This document shows, one piece after another, positions 55,543 to 64,000 of a stretch of DNA of 64,000 bases; the first letter of the stretch is position 1; the number at the start of each line of letters is the position of its first letter. The notes beneath the pieces were generated by a model. The model saw nothing but the letters and a program-made list of their open reading frames with translations. It was not told the origin of the DNA and ran no database searches. The position numbers were made by a program, and so were the translations under genes. Source of the DNA: Candidatus Komeilibacteria bacterium S5_K13 (GTDB lineage Bacteria; Patescibacteriota; Patescibacteriia; UBA1558; S5-K13); assembly GCA_019248485.1 (NCBI GenBank), contig JAEHGL010000002.1, forward strand, positions 1,324 to 65,323, in the 5' to 3' direction.

Positions 55543-55998
55543 ATGAGAAGAGGATATCCTGATGGATTTATTAATCGCGTAATAAGCAAGATTGGTTCAG
55601 AAGAGTACAGATCGCTCGATGAGTATGATGGAAGATTTGCTTGCGCAATATTTGTGTCCGGTGTTTTAAAAGATTTTAGGCTAATACATCATCAACATGA
55701 CAAGGTTCAGGTTGTCATTCACGGTTTGAGTCTGGTTGATCATGTTGTTGGAAAAGACCACTTTAAATGGAAAGAAATTGAGTTAAAAGATATTAAACCA
55801 GGAGATTTAATTGTTTATGAAAGAAAAAAGAAATACGCCTGTTATCATATAGGAATTTATATTGGCGATGATGAGGTAGTAAGTAATAGTTGGAAGAGTC
55901 GTACTCCAATAAAACACTCAATAGATTCGCCAACCCTTGGCATGGTAAAAAGAAAAAGAGAAATAGCCCAAGTCTTTGCTCTTTTGAAGGAGGAGTAA
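55543..55998 (+). CDS. NlpC/P60-like papain-fold hydrolase, paralog 2
   Basis: GRFACAIFVSGVL and HIGIYIGDDEVVSNS; SD GGGAGG. Confidence 0.5.
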   Translation: MRRGYPDGFINRVISKIGSEEYRSLDEYDGRFACAIFVSGVLKDFRLIHHQHDKVQVVIHGLSLVDHVVGKDHFKWKEIELKDIKPGDLIVYERKKKYACYHIGIYIGDDEVVSNSWKSRTPIKHSIDSPTLGMVKRKREIAQVFALLKEE

Positions 55999-56474
55999 TG
56001 TCTCAGAATGTGGCACTTAATCTAAATCTAGTAGAGGTATATCCTCAACAATATTTGGACCACATAATAGCTCAGGTGAATTCATCTATTTATAGTGTTT
56101 ATCATCCTAATTGTAATGATGAAAAAAATAAAAAAAATAGGTCTTCTGCCGCTAATTTTGTTTCAAGAGTTTTATTAATATGTGGAATGATTTGTAAACC
56201 CCAGATTCAAATTAGAATTCTTATACAAGAGATGATAGCGTGTGGGTGGATTGAACACAATAAATTTGGAATAGAAGATTTAATTCCTGGTGACGTTGTT
56301 GTTTGGGAACAAGACAAATCAGGAAACCGGCACATTGGATTTGTGCACGAAAACAATTTGGCCGTAAGTTTTTATGGCAAGAAAGGATATCCAATACTTC
56401 ATGAATTGGGGTTTGAAGATCTTTTGCATGGTCATAATCGAGAGATTATTTCAAGGCTTACATTAGTAAAATAG
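55997..56474 (+). CDS. NlpC/P60-like paralog 3, catalytic Cys position substituted
   Basis: Start ATG overlaps the stop of paralog 2 (taATG) with SD AAGGAGG. SSAANFVSRVL aligns to the FACAKFVS position without Cys; HIGFVHENNLAVSF is retained. Confidence 0.45.
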
Positions 56475-56483
56475 GGAGGAAAG

Positions 56484-56666
56484 ATGAACAATGAGTTTTT
56501 ACAAAATTTGTCCGCAAAAAAGAACCTTAGGGCAGAGAGAAGACATTCGAGTTATAGTTCGAGAAAGATATCAAAGCCTTGTAAGGCTTTTGCTATTTTT
56601 GTGTGTAGTATAATCGCAATTCCCATTGTCGGCAGTATTATAGTGGCTATTGCGAGATGTTTCTAA
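56484..56666 (+). CDS. small protein with C-terminal TM segment
   Basis: 60 aa; SD GGGAGG; followed by terminator gagcgagattaactcgctc at 56676-56700. Confidence 0.35.
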   Translation: MNNEFLQNLSAKKNLRAERRHSSYSSRKISKPCKAFAIFVCSIIAIPIVGSIIVAIARCF

Positions 56667-56720
56667 GTTTTTATAGAGCGAGTTAATCTCGCTCTTTTAT
56701 TTTTGATAGAGTATAGATAT

Positions 56721-57233
56721 TTATAATGGGGTTTTTCTTATTTTTAACTTATAAGAAAGAATGTTTGTGAGTAAGTGCAATATTCCAAGTATAATTAAAG
56801 AATAAATGATAAAACTAGGCCTTAGGTTTATATAAAAATATAGAACGATACTGGATCCTATTACCCAATCTATTTGATCTATTGGTGGAAGTGATTTTCC
56901 GGGACGTATTTTTAATTTTCTTTTAAAATAGCTTTTTAGCAAATCTCCTAGGAGCGCGCCAATGCCCATCAAAAGTCCAAAGATAATAATATTAATATTT
57001 TGGTAGTTTAGAAGTTCAATTTTATATGTAAGCGCGCTCATTATGCTTTGTAAAAAAACGATAATAATTGAAGATATTATCCCAAAGAAAAAGCCTCTAT
57101 AAGTTTTATGGTCACCGAATAATCTTTTATTTATTGGAGTATTTAAAAAATTACACTTGCGAAAAATAACTGGTGCCATATTTGCAAATGCTCCTGGTAG
57201 ATAAAGCCAAATTATTTGTAAGAACAAAATCAT
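56721..57233 (-). CDS. CTP-transferase-like membrane protein (CarS/DUF46 - CdsA family)
   Basis: GDHKTYRGF motif and C-terminal FKRKLKIRPGKSLPPIDQID resembling the cytidylyltransferase signature; 170 aa, 4-5 TM helices. Confidence 0.45.
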   Translation of the reverse strand: MILFLQIIWLYLPGAFANMAPVIFRKCNFLNTPINKRLFGDHKTYRGFFFGIISSIIIVFLQSIMSALTYKIELLNYQNINIIIFGLLMGIGALLGDLLKSYFKRKLKIRPGKSLPPIDQIDWVIGSSIVLYFYINLRPSFIIYSLIILGILHLLTNILSYKLKIRKTPL

Positions 57234-57847
57234 TTATTTTTTTTGTTCAAAAATAAATAAAAGTGATAAAAAAAGTGCACGCTCATTAAAATGTTTAGCA
57301 CAATGATTACAAAATTTAATATAAATTTTTCTACATCAAACAAAAATGTCAATAGAAAAAATATTTCAAATATAACTTTGTAGTAACTAATTCTTGCATA
57401 TGGAGATATTATCCAATCATTTTTTATGTTTTCATTTTTATTTACGATAATCATTAGATATAGAGCCGGAATAATAAAAAGAAAATATGAAAGATTTAGA
57501 TTGTTGATATAATCAATTTTTATAAGTCCAAGAATAAAAAAAGAAAAAATAATATTATCAGACAACATATCTATAAATTTTCCTCTATCCCCATCCTTTT
57601 TTTGATACCTTGCTAATGCTCCATCAAAAAAATCTGTGAGTCCACCAAGAATGATTGTTACAAAAGCGATATTAAAATTAATTTTAACTAATATAAAAAA
57701 TAAAAATCCAGAAAAGGCTCTTAAGAAAGATAATATATTTGGTGTAAATCCCAATTTATCTAGTATTTTGATAAAGATGTCAAAATATTTACCTCTTTTT
57801 TGCTGAGAGAGCCTGTTTATTTTGTCTATTATGGTGTCTATTATCAT
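57230..57847 (-). CDS. CDP-alcohol phosphatidyltransferase family protein
   Basis: DGALARYQKKDGDRGKFIDMLSD matches D-G-x2-A-R-x8-G-x3-D-x3-D; 4-nt overlap with the downstream CarS-like gene. Confidence 0.7.
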   Translation of the reverse strand: MIIDTIIDKINRLSQQKRGKYFDIFIKILDKLGFTPNILSFLRAFSGFLFFILVKINFNIAFVTIILGGLTDFFDGALARYQKKDGDRGKFIDMLSDNIIFSFFILGLIKIDYINNLNLSYFLFIIPALYLMIIVNKNENIKNDWIISPYARISYYKVIFEIFFLLTFLFDVEKFILNFVIIVLNILMSVHFFYHFYLFLNKKNK

Positions 57848-58116
57848 ATAGATATTTTAGCAGATTTAGGTCAATAAAAAAACTCATTATTCGTTTTTGG
57901 TGGATGGGGTTGCATTTTTTCTAATTTATGGTAATATTTACTAAATGCTTTGATTTTAGCACAAAAGACCGCTGAAATAAGAGTATCTAATAATTAATAA
58001 AAAGGTCTTTTTTTATTTTCAATTTATTATTTAGTAATTTATAATTGATTTTCTATTTACTATTTTATTATTTTAATTAAAAATAGCCCAATAATAAATC
58101 AATTGAAAATGGAAAA

Positions 58117-59406
58117 TTGAAAATAGTGAATAAATTTATGACTACAAAAATTACAAAAGAAAAGAAAGAAACAGCTTTTTCGAAAATTTTAGAAACACAT
58201 GATGAAATAAAATTGCCAAATGTTGGTGATCTTATTGAGTGTTCGGTTATTTCTATTGGAAAAAGTGAAGTTATATTAGATTATAAAGGAATATCTTCTG
58301 GAATTGTAAGAGGAAAAGAAATCCAAGATGAATCTGGCGATGGCGGCAACTTCAAAATAGGAGATAGTGTAAAGGTTACTGTATTAGAGCTTGATAATGA
58401 AAAGGGTTTGATGGAGCTATCTTTTAGATATGCATCACATCAACAAGCTTGGGATGAACTTGAAAAATTAATGAAAGAAGAAACTGTTGTAGAAGCAAAA
58501 GTAATAGACGCAAATAAAGGTGGTTTGATGGTCAAAGTTGGAAATGTTGTTGGGTTTTTGCCAGTTTCACAACTTACTACAAAATATTATCCAAGAGTAG
58601 AGGGCGGAGACAAAGGAAAGATTTTGGGACATTTAAGAGGATTTATTGGAAAAGGATTTAATGTCGTAATAATTGATGTAGATGAAAAAGAAAGTAAATT
58701 AATAGTATCTCAAAAATCAGCATGGGCAGAAGAACAAAAGAAAACTTTGTCAGATTTCAAAGTAGGAAAAGTTGTTGAAGGAAAAGTAACTGGCGTTGCT
58801 GACTTTGGTGCATTTGTAGAGTTTGGTGATAATTTAGAAGGGCTTGTTCATATATCAGAATTAGCATGGCAGAGAATTGATAACCCATCTGACTTTATAA
58901 AGGTAGGAGACAAGGTTCAAGCAGAAATTATTTCAGTAGATGATGGAAGAATATCACTTAGCATGAAAAAGCTTGTAAAAGATCCTTGGGTATCTTTGGC
59001 TGAAAAATATAGTGTTGGTCAAAAGGTAAAAGGAAAAGTTTTAAAAATCAATCCATTTGGAGCATTTATAGAACTTGATAAAGATATCCATGGCCTTGCT
59101 CATATTTCAGAGCTTAGTGACAAGATGATAAATAATCCAGAAGATGTTGTAAAAATTGGAGAGTCATATGATTTTACAATTATTAATTTAGAAGCACATC
59201 AGCACAGATTAGGATTGTCTCTAAAGACTCAAAAGTCAAAAGAAAAGAAAGAAGATGTTGAGATTTTGGAGGTAGATACGAAAGAAGAGATTAAGGAAAT
59301 TTCAGGGGAAGATGTAAAAGAAGTTATAGAAGGAGATAAAAATGTAGAAAAAGTTAAAAAGGAAAAAAAGATCACCTCAACTAAAAAGAAAGTACAAAAA
59401 GAATAA
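58117..59406 (+). CDS. rpsA: 30S ribosomal protein S1 (four S1 domains)
   Basis: Repeated S1/OB motifs (G.V.G.V..I...GAFVE...GL.HISE) and a Lys/Glu-rich tail. Confidence 0.8.
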   Translation: MKIVNKFMTTKITKEKKETAFSKILETHDEIKLPNVGDLIECSVISIGKSEVILDYKGISSGIVRGKEIQDESGDGGNFKIGDSVKVTVLELDNEKGLMELSFRYASHQQAWDELEKLMKEETVVEAKVIDANKGGLMVKVGNVVGFLPVSQLTTKYYPRVEGGDKGKILGHLRGFIGKGFNVVIIDVDEKESKLIVSQKSAWAEEQKKTLSDFKVGKVVEGKVTGVADFGAFVEFGDNLEGLVHISELAWQRIDNPSDFIKVGDKVQAEIISVDDGRISLSMKKLVKDPWVSLAEKYSVGQKVKGKVLKINPFGAFIELDKDIHGLAHISELSDKMINNPEDVVKIGESYDFTIINLEAHQHRLGLSLKTQKSKEKKEDVEILEVDTKEEIKEISGEDVKEVIEGDKNVEKVKKEKKITSTKKKVQKE

Positions 59407-59540
59407 AATAGGTTATCAAAAAATAAGTGGGGGAGTCCACTTATTTTTTACACAAGTACTATTTTATACTTTCTTCAAATCGATTATAATGATTATATTA
59501 AATTAATAAAATTTCGTCACGATGGCGGAACAATAAAAAA

Positions 59541-61352
59541 ATGAAAATATTTAAAAACCTTTTGATATTTTTGTTAGCAATATTAGCTATTGCAGCTATA
59601 TTTAGCTTTTTTAGTACTGGGGATGCTTCAAAAAAGGATGATATTTCTATTATTGATTTGAGCACAAAGATTAAGAATGAAGAAGTCTCCAAAATTGAAG
59701 TTAATGGAAATAAATTAACTATAGAACTCAAAAATGGAGAAAAGAAAATAAGTAGGAAAGAGTCAGAAGAATCTTTTACTCAAACACTCATTAATTTAGG
59801 GGTGGCAAGTGATAAAATAGATAAGCTTAATTTGCTTATAAAAGAAGAATCCGGAAATTCTATTTGGATGACTGTTGTATTACCAATAGTTGTGCCATTT
59901 TTACTAATAGGACTTTTTATTTGGTTTATGTTTGGTAGAGTTCAGGGTGCAAATTCAAAAGCTCTTAGCTTTGGTGAGTCTGGTGCAAAAAAAGTTGATA
60001 CAAAAGCTACCAAGGTAACATTCTCTGATATTGCAGGATGTGCTGAATCAAAAGAAGAGCTTCACGAAGTTGTAGAATTTCTTAAAGACCCCAAAAAATT
60101 TATAAAACTTGGCGCTGAAATACCAAAGGGAGTTTTGCTTCTTGGTGCGCCAGGAACAGGAAAAACACTTTTGGCTCGTGCTGTTGCAGGAGAGGCTGGA
60201 GTTCCATTTTTTCATATATCTGGATCTGAGTTTGTAGAAATGTTTGTTGGAGTTGGCGCATCACGTGTAAGAGATTTATTTAAGAAAGCAAAAAAAGAAG
60301 CACCATGTATTGTGTTTATAGATGAAATAGATGCTGTAGGTCGTCAGCGCGGAACAGGTCTTGGAGGATCACACGACGAAAGAGAGCAGACATTAAATCA
60401 AATTTTGGTTGAGATGGATGGGTTTGATAATAAAACAAATATTATTGTAATTGCTGCTACAAATAGACCAGACGTTCTTGACCCTGCGTTACTTCGCCCA
60501 GGAAGATTTGATAGACAAGTTATTATAGATAGACCCGACATTAAGGATAGAAACGCAATACTTGAAATTCATGCAAAAAACAAACCACTTGAAAAAGATG
60601 TTGATTTGAAAGTTGTAGCACAACGTACTCCTGGATTTTCAGGTGCAGATCTCAAAAATGTTCTAAATGAGGCAGCAATTTTTGCAGCAAGAACAAATAA
60701 AAGCAAGATCAATCAATTAGATATTTTATCAAGCATTGAAAAAGTAGTTCTTGGTCCAGAGAGAAAGAGTCACATATTATTAGATAAAGAAAAAAAGATA
60801 ACAGCATATCATGAAGCAGGTCACGCGCTTATTGGTCACTTATTACCAAATTGCGATCCTATTCATAAGGTTTCTATCATTTCTCGTGGTCGTGCTGCAG
60901 GATATACTATGAATATGCCAGAGCGTGATAAGCATCTTAGCACAAAATCAGAGTTTGTAGATGAGATTTCAATGATGCTCGGTGGTCTTGTAGCAGAGAA
61001 AATTATTTTTAATGAAATTACAAATGGAGCAAGTTCAGATCTTATTGGGGTTACAGAAATTGCAAAAAAAATGATTACAAAATATGCTATGAATGATGAC
61101 TTGGGTTATAGAGTATTTGGTCAAGGGTCTGAGATGGTTTTCTTGGGCAAAGAAATTCATGAGAACAAAGACTATAGTGAAAAGGTTGCAGAGAAAATTG
61201 ATGAAGAAGTAAAGAATCTTATCGATAGTTGTTATAAAACAGCAGAAGACACTATTAATAATAATAGAGAAAAACTAGAAAAAATTGCTACTACACTATT
61301 AGAAAAAGAAACTATTGAAAAACAAGAGTTTGAGGAGTTGTTGAAGGATTAA
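59541..61352 (+). CDS. ftsH: ATP-dependent zinc metalloprotease FtsH
   Basis: Two TM helices, AAA+ module ([13 protein letters not shown]) and HEAGHAL zinc site. Confidence 0.95.
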   Translation: MKIFKNLLIFLLAILAIAAIFSFFSTGDASKKDDISIIDLSTKIKNEEVSKIEVNGNKLTIELKNGEKKISRKESEESFTQTLINLGVASDKIDKLNLLIKEESGNSIWMTVVLPIVVPFLLIGLFIWFMFGRVQGANSKALSFGESGAKKVDTKATKVTFSDIAGCAESKEELHEVVEFLKDPKKFIKLGAEIPKGVLLLGAPGTGKTLLARAVAGEAGVPFFHISGSEFVEMFVGVGASRVRDLFKKAKKEAPCIVFIDEIDAVGRQRGTGLGGSHDEREQTLNQILVEMDGFDNKTNIIVIAATNRPDVLDPALLRPGRFDRQVIIDRPDIKDRNAILEIHAKNKPLEKDVDLKVVAQRTPGFSGADLKNVLNEAAIFAARTNKSKINQLDILSSIEKVVLGPERKSHILLDKEKKITAYHEAGHALIGHLLPNCDPIHKVSIISRGRAAGYTMNMPERDKHLSTKSEFVDEISMMLGGLVAEKIIFNEITNGASSDLIGVTEIAKKMITKYAMNDDLGYRVFGQGSEMVFLGKEIHENKDYSEKVAEKIDEEVKNLIDSCYKTAEDTINNNREKLEKIATTLLEKETIEKQEFEELLKD

Positions 61353-61566
61353 TATTCTTTGTATTAAAAAAAGAAGCGCTTGAGGGCGTTTCTTTTATTT
61401 GCTTATTATTTTTTTGAAGATTGATTTGTAATATCTAATTATTATGACAATAGTCTTGATTTTTAAATATTAGATATTTGCGCATTTCCGTTTTATTAAA
61501 ATAAATTCGTTTACTATAATGTCAAACCATTATATGTGACATTATTCATTAAATATAAATAACGTA

Positions 61567-61599
61567 GAGACGTAGCAATGCTACGTCTCTACGGAAATG
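61567..61599 (-). terminator. 13-bp perfect hairpin cgtagagacgtagc-aat-gctacgtctctacg, terminator for the HD gene
   Basis: On the minus strand it is followed by UUAUUUAUAUUU; the stem shares gtagagacg/cgtctctac with the gdh terminator; it is nested inside the long-range pairing gcgcatttccg (61478) / cggaaatgcgc (61593). Confidence 0.5.
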
Positions 61600-61654
61600 C
61601 GCCCATTATTAAATCAGATAAATTTTCGTTTAAAAAATAGGTTTAATTTATAGA

Positions 61655-62344
61655 TTATTCCTTATTGCCATACATCTGCTTTTGCATTTCATATATTTTT
61701 CTTAAATCATCATTAGTCTGGTTTTCTTTTAATAGCGTTTCTCTTATTAAAAACAGTTCCTCCTGATCGGTGCAACCATTGCCCTGAGCTAATTTATCCG
61801 CTAAAAATATTGTAAGAACCTCTTCTTTTGTCACTTCAAGATTAGAAAGAGTATTATTTAGATCATCAAAAGAGTTTATGAATTGTTCAAAATTTGTAGT
61901 TGTTCGTAATTTTTTTATTCCTTTTGTTGGAATATAATGACAGCCAACTAGTTTTGCGACTTTTTCTTGATCTAATCCTAGAGAATTAAATATATCGGGA
62001 TTCATTTTTCTAACCATTTCTTCGCCAACAATTTCATGATCTGTAAATTCATGATATGGCTTTCCTGGCTCTTTTTCTTGCGGGTTTCCAACTTTATCAG
62101 TTTTTTCTGCTGCAACTACTGGTTTCCCAATATCATGTAGCCATGCAGCTGCTAGCATATTTTTATCAGATGTAAGATTTGATAATTGTTTTACACAATT
62201 TTCAGAGTGAGTATATACGTCAAATTCATGAAAATTGTTTTGCCAAACATCTATTCCCGCACGAAGCTCTTGGATGTTGCTAAAAGCATTATCAATTTTT
62301 TCTTTTTCGGATATAGTATCCATTTTAGGTTCTCCAAATTTCAT
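61655..62344 (-). CDS. HD-domain phosphohydrolase
   Basis: H...HD motif (AAAWLHDIGKP) with downstream D. Confidence 0.65.
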   Translation of the reverse strand: MKFGEPKMDTISEKEKIDNAFSNIQELRAGIDVWQNNFHEFDVYTHSENCVKQLSNLTSDKNMLAAAWLHDIGKPVVAAEKTDKVGNPQEKEPGKPYHEFTDHEIVGEEMVRKMNPDIFNSLGLDQEKVAKLVGCHYIPTKGIKKLRTTTNFEQFINSFDDLNNTLSNLEVTKEEVLTIFLADKLAQGNGCTDQEELFLIRETLLKENQTNDDLRKIYEMQKQMYGNKE

Positions 62345-62452
62345 AGTTTTAAAATTAGTTTGTTATATATATAATTTTACTCAAGTCTAGAATTTTGTAA
62401 ACTAGAATAAAAAAGCGCCGAATCATTTGACTCGACGCTGTAACCTAACATT

Positions 62453-62767
62453 TTACTCTCCTTTAAGGATTTTGTTTATTGTTATTTTCATTTCTTCCGT
62501 CGGTATTTCTGTGTGGAAGAACGAGCTTTCCCAATTTATTATTCTTCCTTTAATAAAATCTCCCCCAATGAGAGGGCGATTCTCAGAATCTATTATCTTC
62601 TTTTCCGTGGCAATGGATGCTAAGTGTTCGTGGTTCATTACGTACCTAGATCCAATTAAAACGATCTCTTTTTCCTCGTACTGGTAGTACAAGAATTTAT
62701 ACGCTTCGAATAAATTTTGTTTTTGATAGGTGACGGGATTTTTTCCGTCAATCCAAAAAATTCTCAT
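62453..62767 (-). CDS. hypothetical protein
   Basis: 104 aa; SD AAGGAGG. Confidence 0.4.
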   Translation of the reverse strand: MRIFWIDGKNPVTYQKQNLFEAYKFLYYQYEEKEIVLIGSRYVMNHEHLASIATEKKIIDSENRPLIGGDFIKGRIINWESSFFHTEIPTEEMKITINKILKGE

Positions 62768-62839
62768 TTTATCCTCCTTAAGGATTTTGTAGATTTTCGT
62801 GTAAAAGCGCCCCTCGACTTTGCTCGGGACGCTTGTAAA

Positions 62840-63364
62840 TTACCTTTTTGTTACCTCTTCAGCCATTAATTCGTGGTTATTACCCATTACAAAGGATATT
62901 CCATTTTTTGTAATAGATTTAATATCTAAGCGTGTGAGTTCATACTCAGATATCTTTTCACAATAATTTTCAAAGAATAGCTTGTCATTATAGAGTGGTT
63001 CCTCATTGTAATATGTGGATTTCCACATTATGGAATAGCTATATATTCTGTCCTTAGAATACATAACCAAATTCGAAAATTCTTCATGGAATTCACCGTA
63101 ATCTCCAGAAGAGCGTTTCATATTTATAAGATGTATAAATATGGGACTGTTATCGAATATTATTCGTCTACAACCAATTGTTTCTATGGGGTCACCATCC
63201 CAGAAGGAAAGTGAGCTATTAATGTATAATGACTTGAATTCTTTACCAAAGGCTTTTTCAAAAGCCTTTATAAGTTTTTTGGTATTTTCTTCGTTACTCG
63301 ATGCCAAGATTTGATTAACAAGCTCGTTTTCACGATTAGGGTCAAAGGTTGTTTCATTTTTCAT
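62840..63364 (-). CDS. hypothetical protein
   Basis: 174 aa; SD AAGGAGG. Confidence 0.4.
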   Translation of the reverse strand: MKNETTFDPNRENELVNQILASSNEENTKKLIKAFEKAFGKEFKSLYINSSLSFWDGDPIETIGCRRIIFDNSPIFIHLINMKRSSGDYGEFHEEFSNLVMYSKDRIYSYSIMWKSTYYNEEPLYNDKLFFENYCEKISEYELTRLDIKSITKNGISFVMGNNHELMAEEVTKR

Positions 63365-63575
63365 TTTATCCTCCTTATGGATAAGTTTGTTTAGTTGTCA
63401 ATTTGCTTTCTTTATGTTGTAATAGTTAAATATATCATGTATGTAGTATATTGTCAACCATATTTGACTACAATAATTAGATATGATATACTGTTTATAT
63501 AAAGCATAAAATATGATTATTGACTAATATATTTGACAATTAATCAATCCCGTCATGCGACGGGACAAATGAACA

Positions 63576-64000
63576 TATGGAACAAGAATTAATAAAACTA
63601 GGATTTTCTAGCAATCAAGCAATGGTATATTTAGCACTTTTGGAGCTTGGACAGAGTCGCGCAGGACTGATTATTGCAAAAGCAAAGCTTCCAAGACAGA
63701 CTGTCTACAATACTCTTGCAGAGCTCGAGGAAAAAGAGCTTGTCTTCTCCGTGGTAAAGTCAGGACGCAAGAATTTTCAGACCAAAGACCCTCAGCAGTT
63801 ACTTGAAAATGTGAGACTTCAAGAAGAAACAATAGAAAAATTACTTCCTCAGCTTATTTCAAGGCGAGATGTTTCCAAAAATATTTCAGATATTAGGGTA
63901 TATGAAGGACTCGATGGATTTAAAACGGTTCATTTGGCAAATATAAAAAATGCCAAAAAAGATTCTACCGTATATTTTATTTCGGCTGGAAGTCAGAGAT
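63576..64000 (+). CDS. TrmB-like winged-HTH transcriptional regulator; 3' end lies outside the window
   Basis: MEQELIKLGFSSNQAMVYLALLELGQSRAGLIIAKAKLPRQTVYNTLAELEEKELV is an HTH of TrmB type; the frame is still open at the window end. Confidence 0.5.

Overview
AT-rich (~30% GC) bacterial chromosomal window using the standard genetic code; the long conserved ORFs have no in-frame stops. Gene content looks like a small-genome, Gram-positive-like or candidate-phyla-type bacterium: RNase Y, YmdB, HU, FemAB, a Mur ligase, a type IV pilin and many small hypothetical or membrane proteins. Housekeeping genes found: Nudix hydrolase, SDR, UvrD-like helicase, thioredoxin, glutamate dehydrogenase, RNase HII, UvrA, PolA, HolA-like, S20, PurA-like, TruB, RuvA, ClpP, NrnA, RbfA, IF-2, S1, FtsH and an HD hydrolase. 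Two tRNAs lie on the minus strand, tRNA-Ile(UAU) and tRNA-Val(GAC), plus a tRNA-Val 5' fragment carrying an inserted double-hairpin element. There is no CRISPR array, transposase or integrase. Features outside the ordinary gene set: (1) a ~480-nt GC-rich pseudoknotted RNA candidate on the minus strand at 11.8-12.3 kb, with a canonical TTGACA-N18-TATAAT promoter and an intrinsic terminator, of unrecognised family; (2) several short GC-rich repeat families in intergenic DNA, one of which sits ~100 nt upstream of both clpP and a secreted peptidase-like gene and carries GTCGAAGAC direct repeats; (3) a G-poor ACUAAYC/CUAACC repeat leader placed directly before the start codons of trxA, gdh, holA, ruvA, hup and a small membrane protein that all lack a Shine-Dalgarno sequence, while other genes carry perfect AAGGAGG sites; (4) a radical SAM/SPASM enzyme next to a Cys-rich secreted protein with a T9SS-type C-terminal sorting domain, an SdpI-family protein and a metzincin; (5) three tandem NlpC/P60-like paralogs, one having lost the catalytic Cys; (6) an overlapping pair of CarS/CdsA-like and CDP-alcohol phosphatidyltransferase genes; (7) a PurA homolog with an altered P-loop and catalytic His. 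All calls are from reading the sequence and the translations; no database searches were run.
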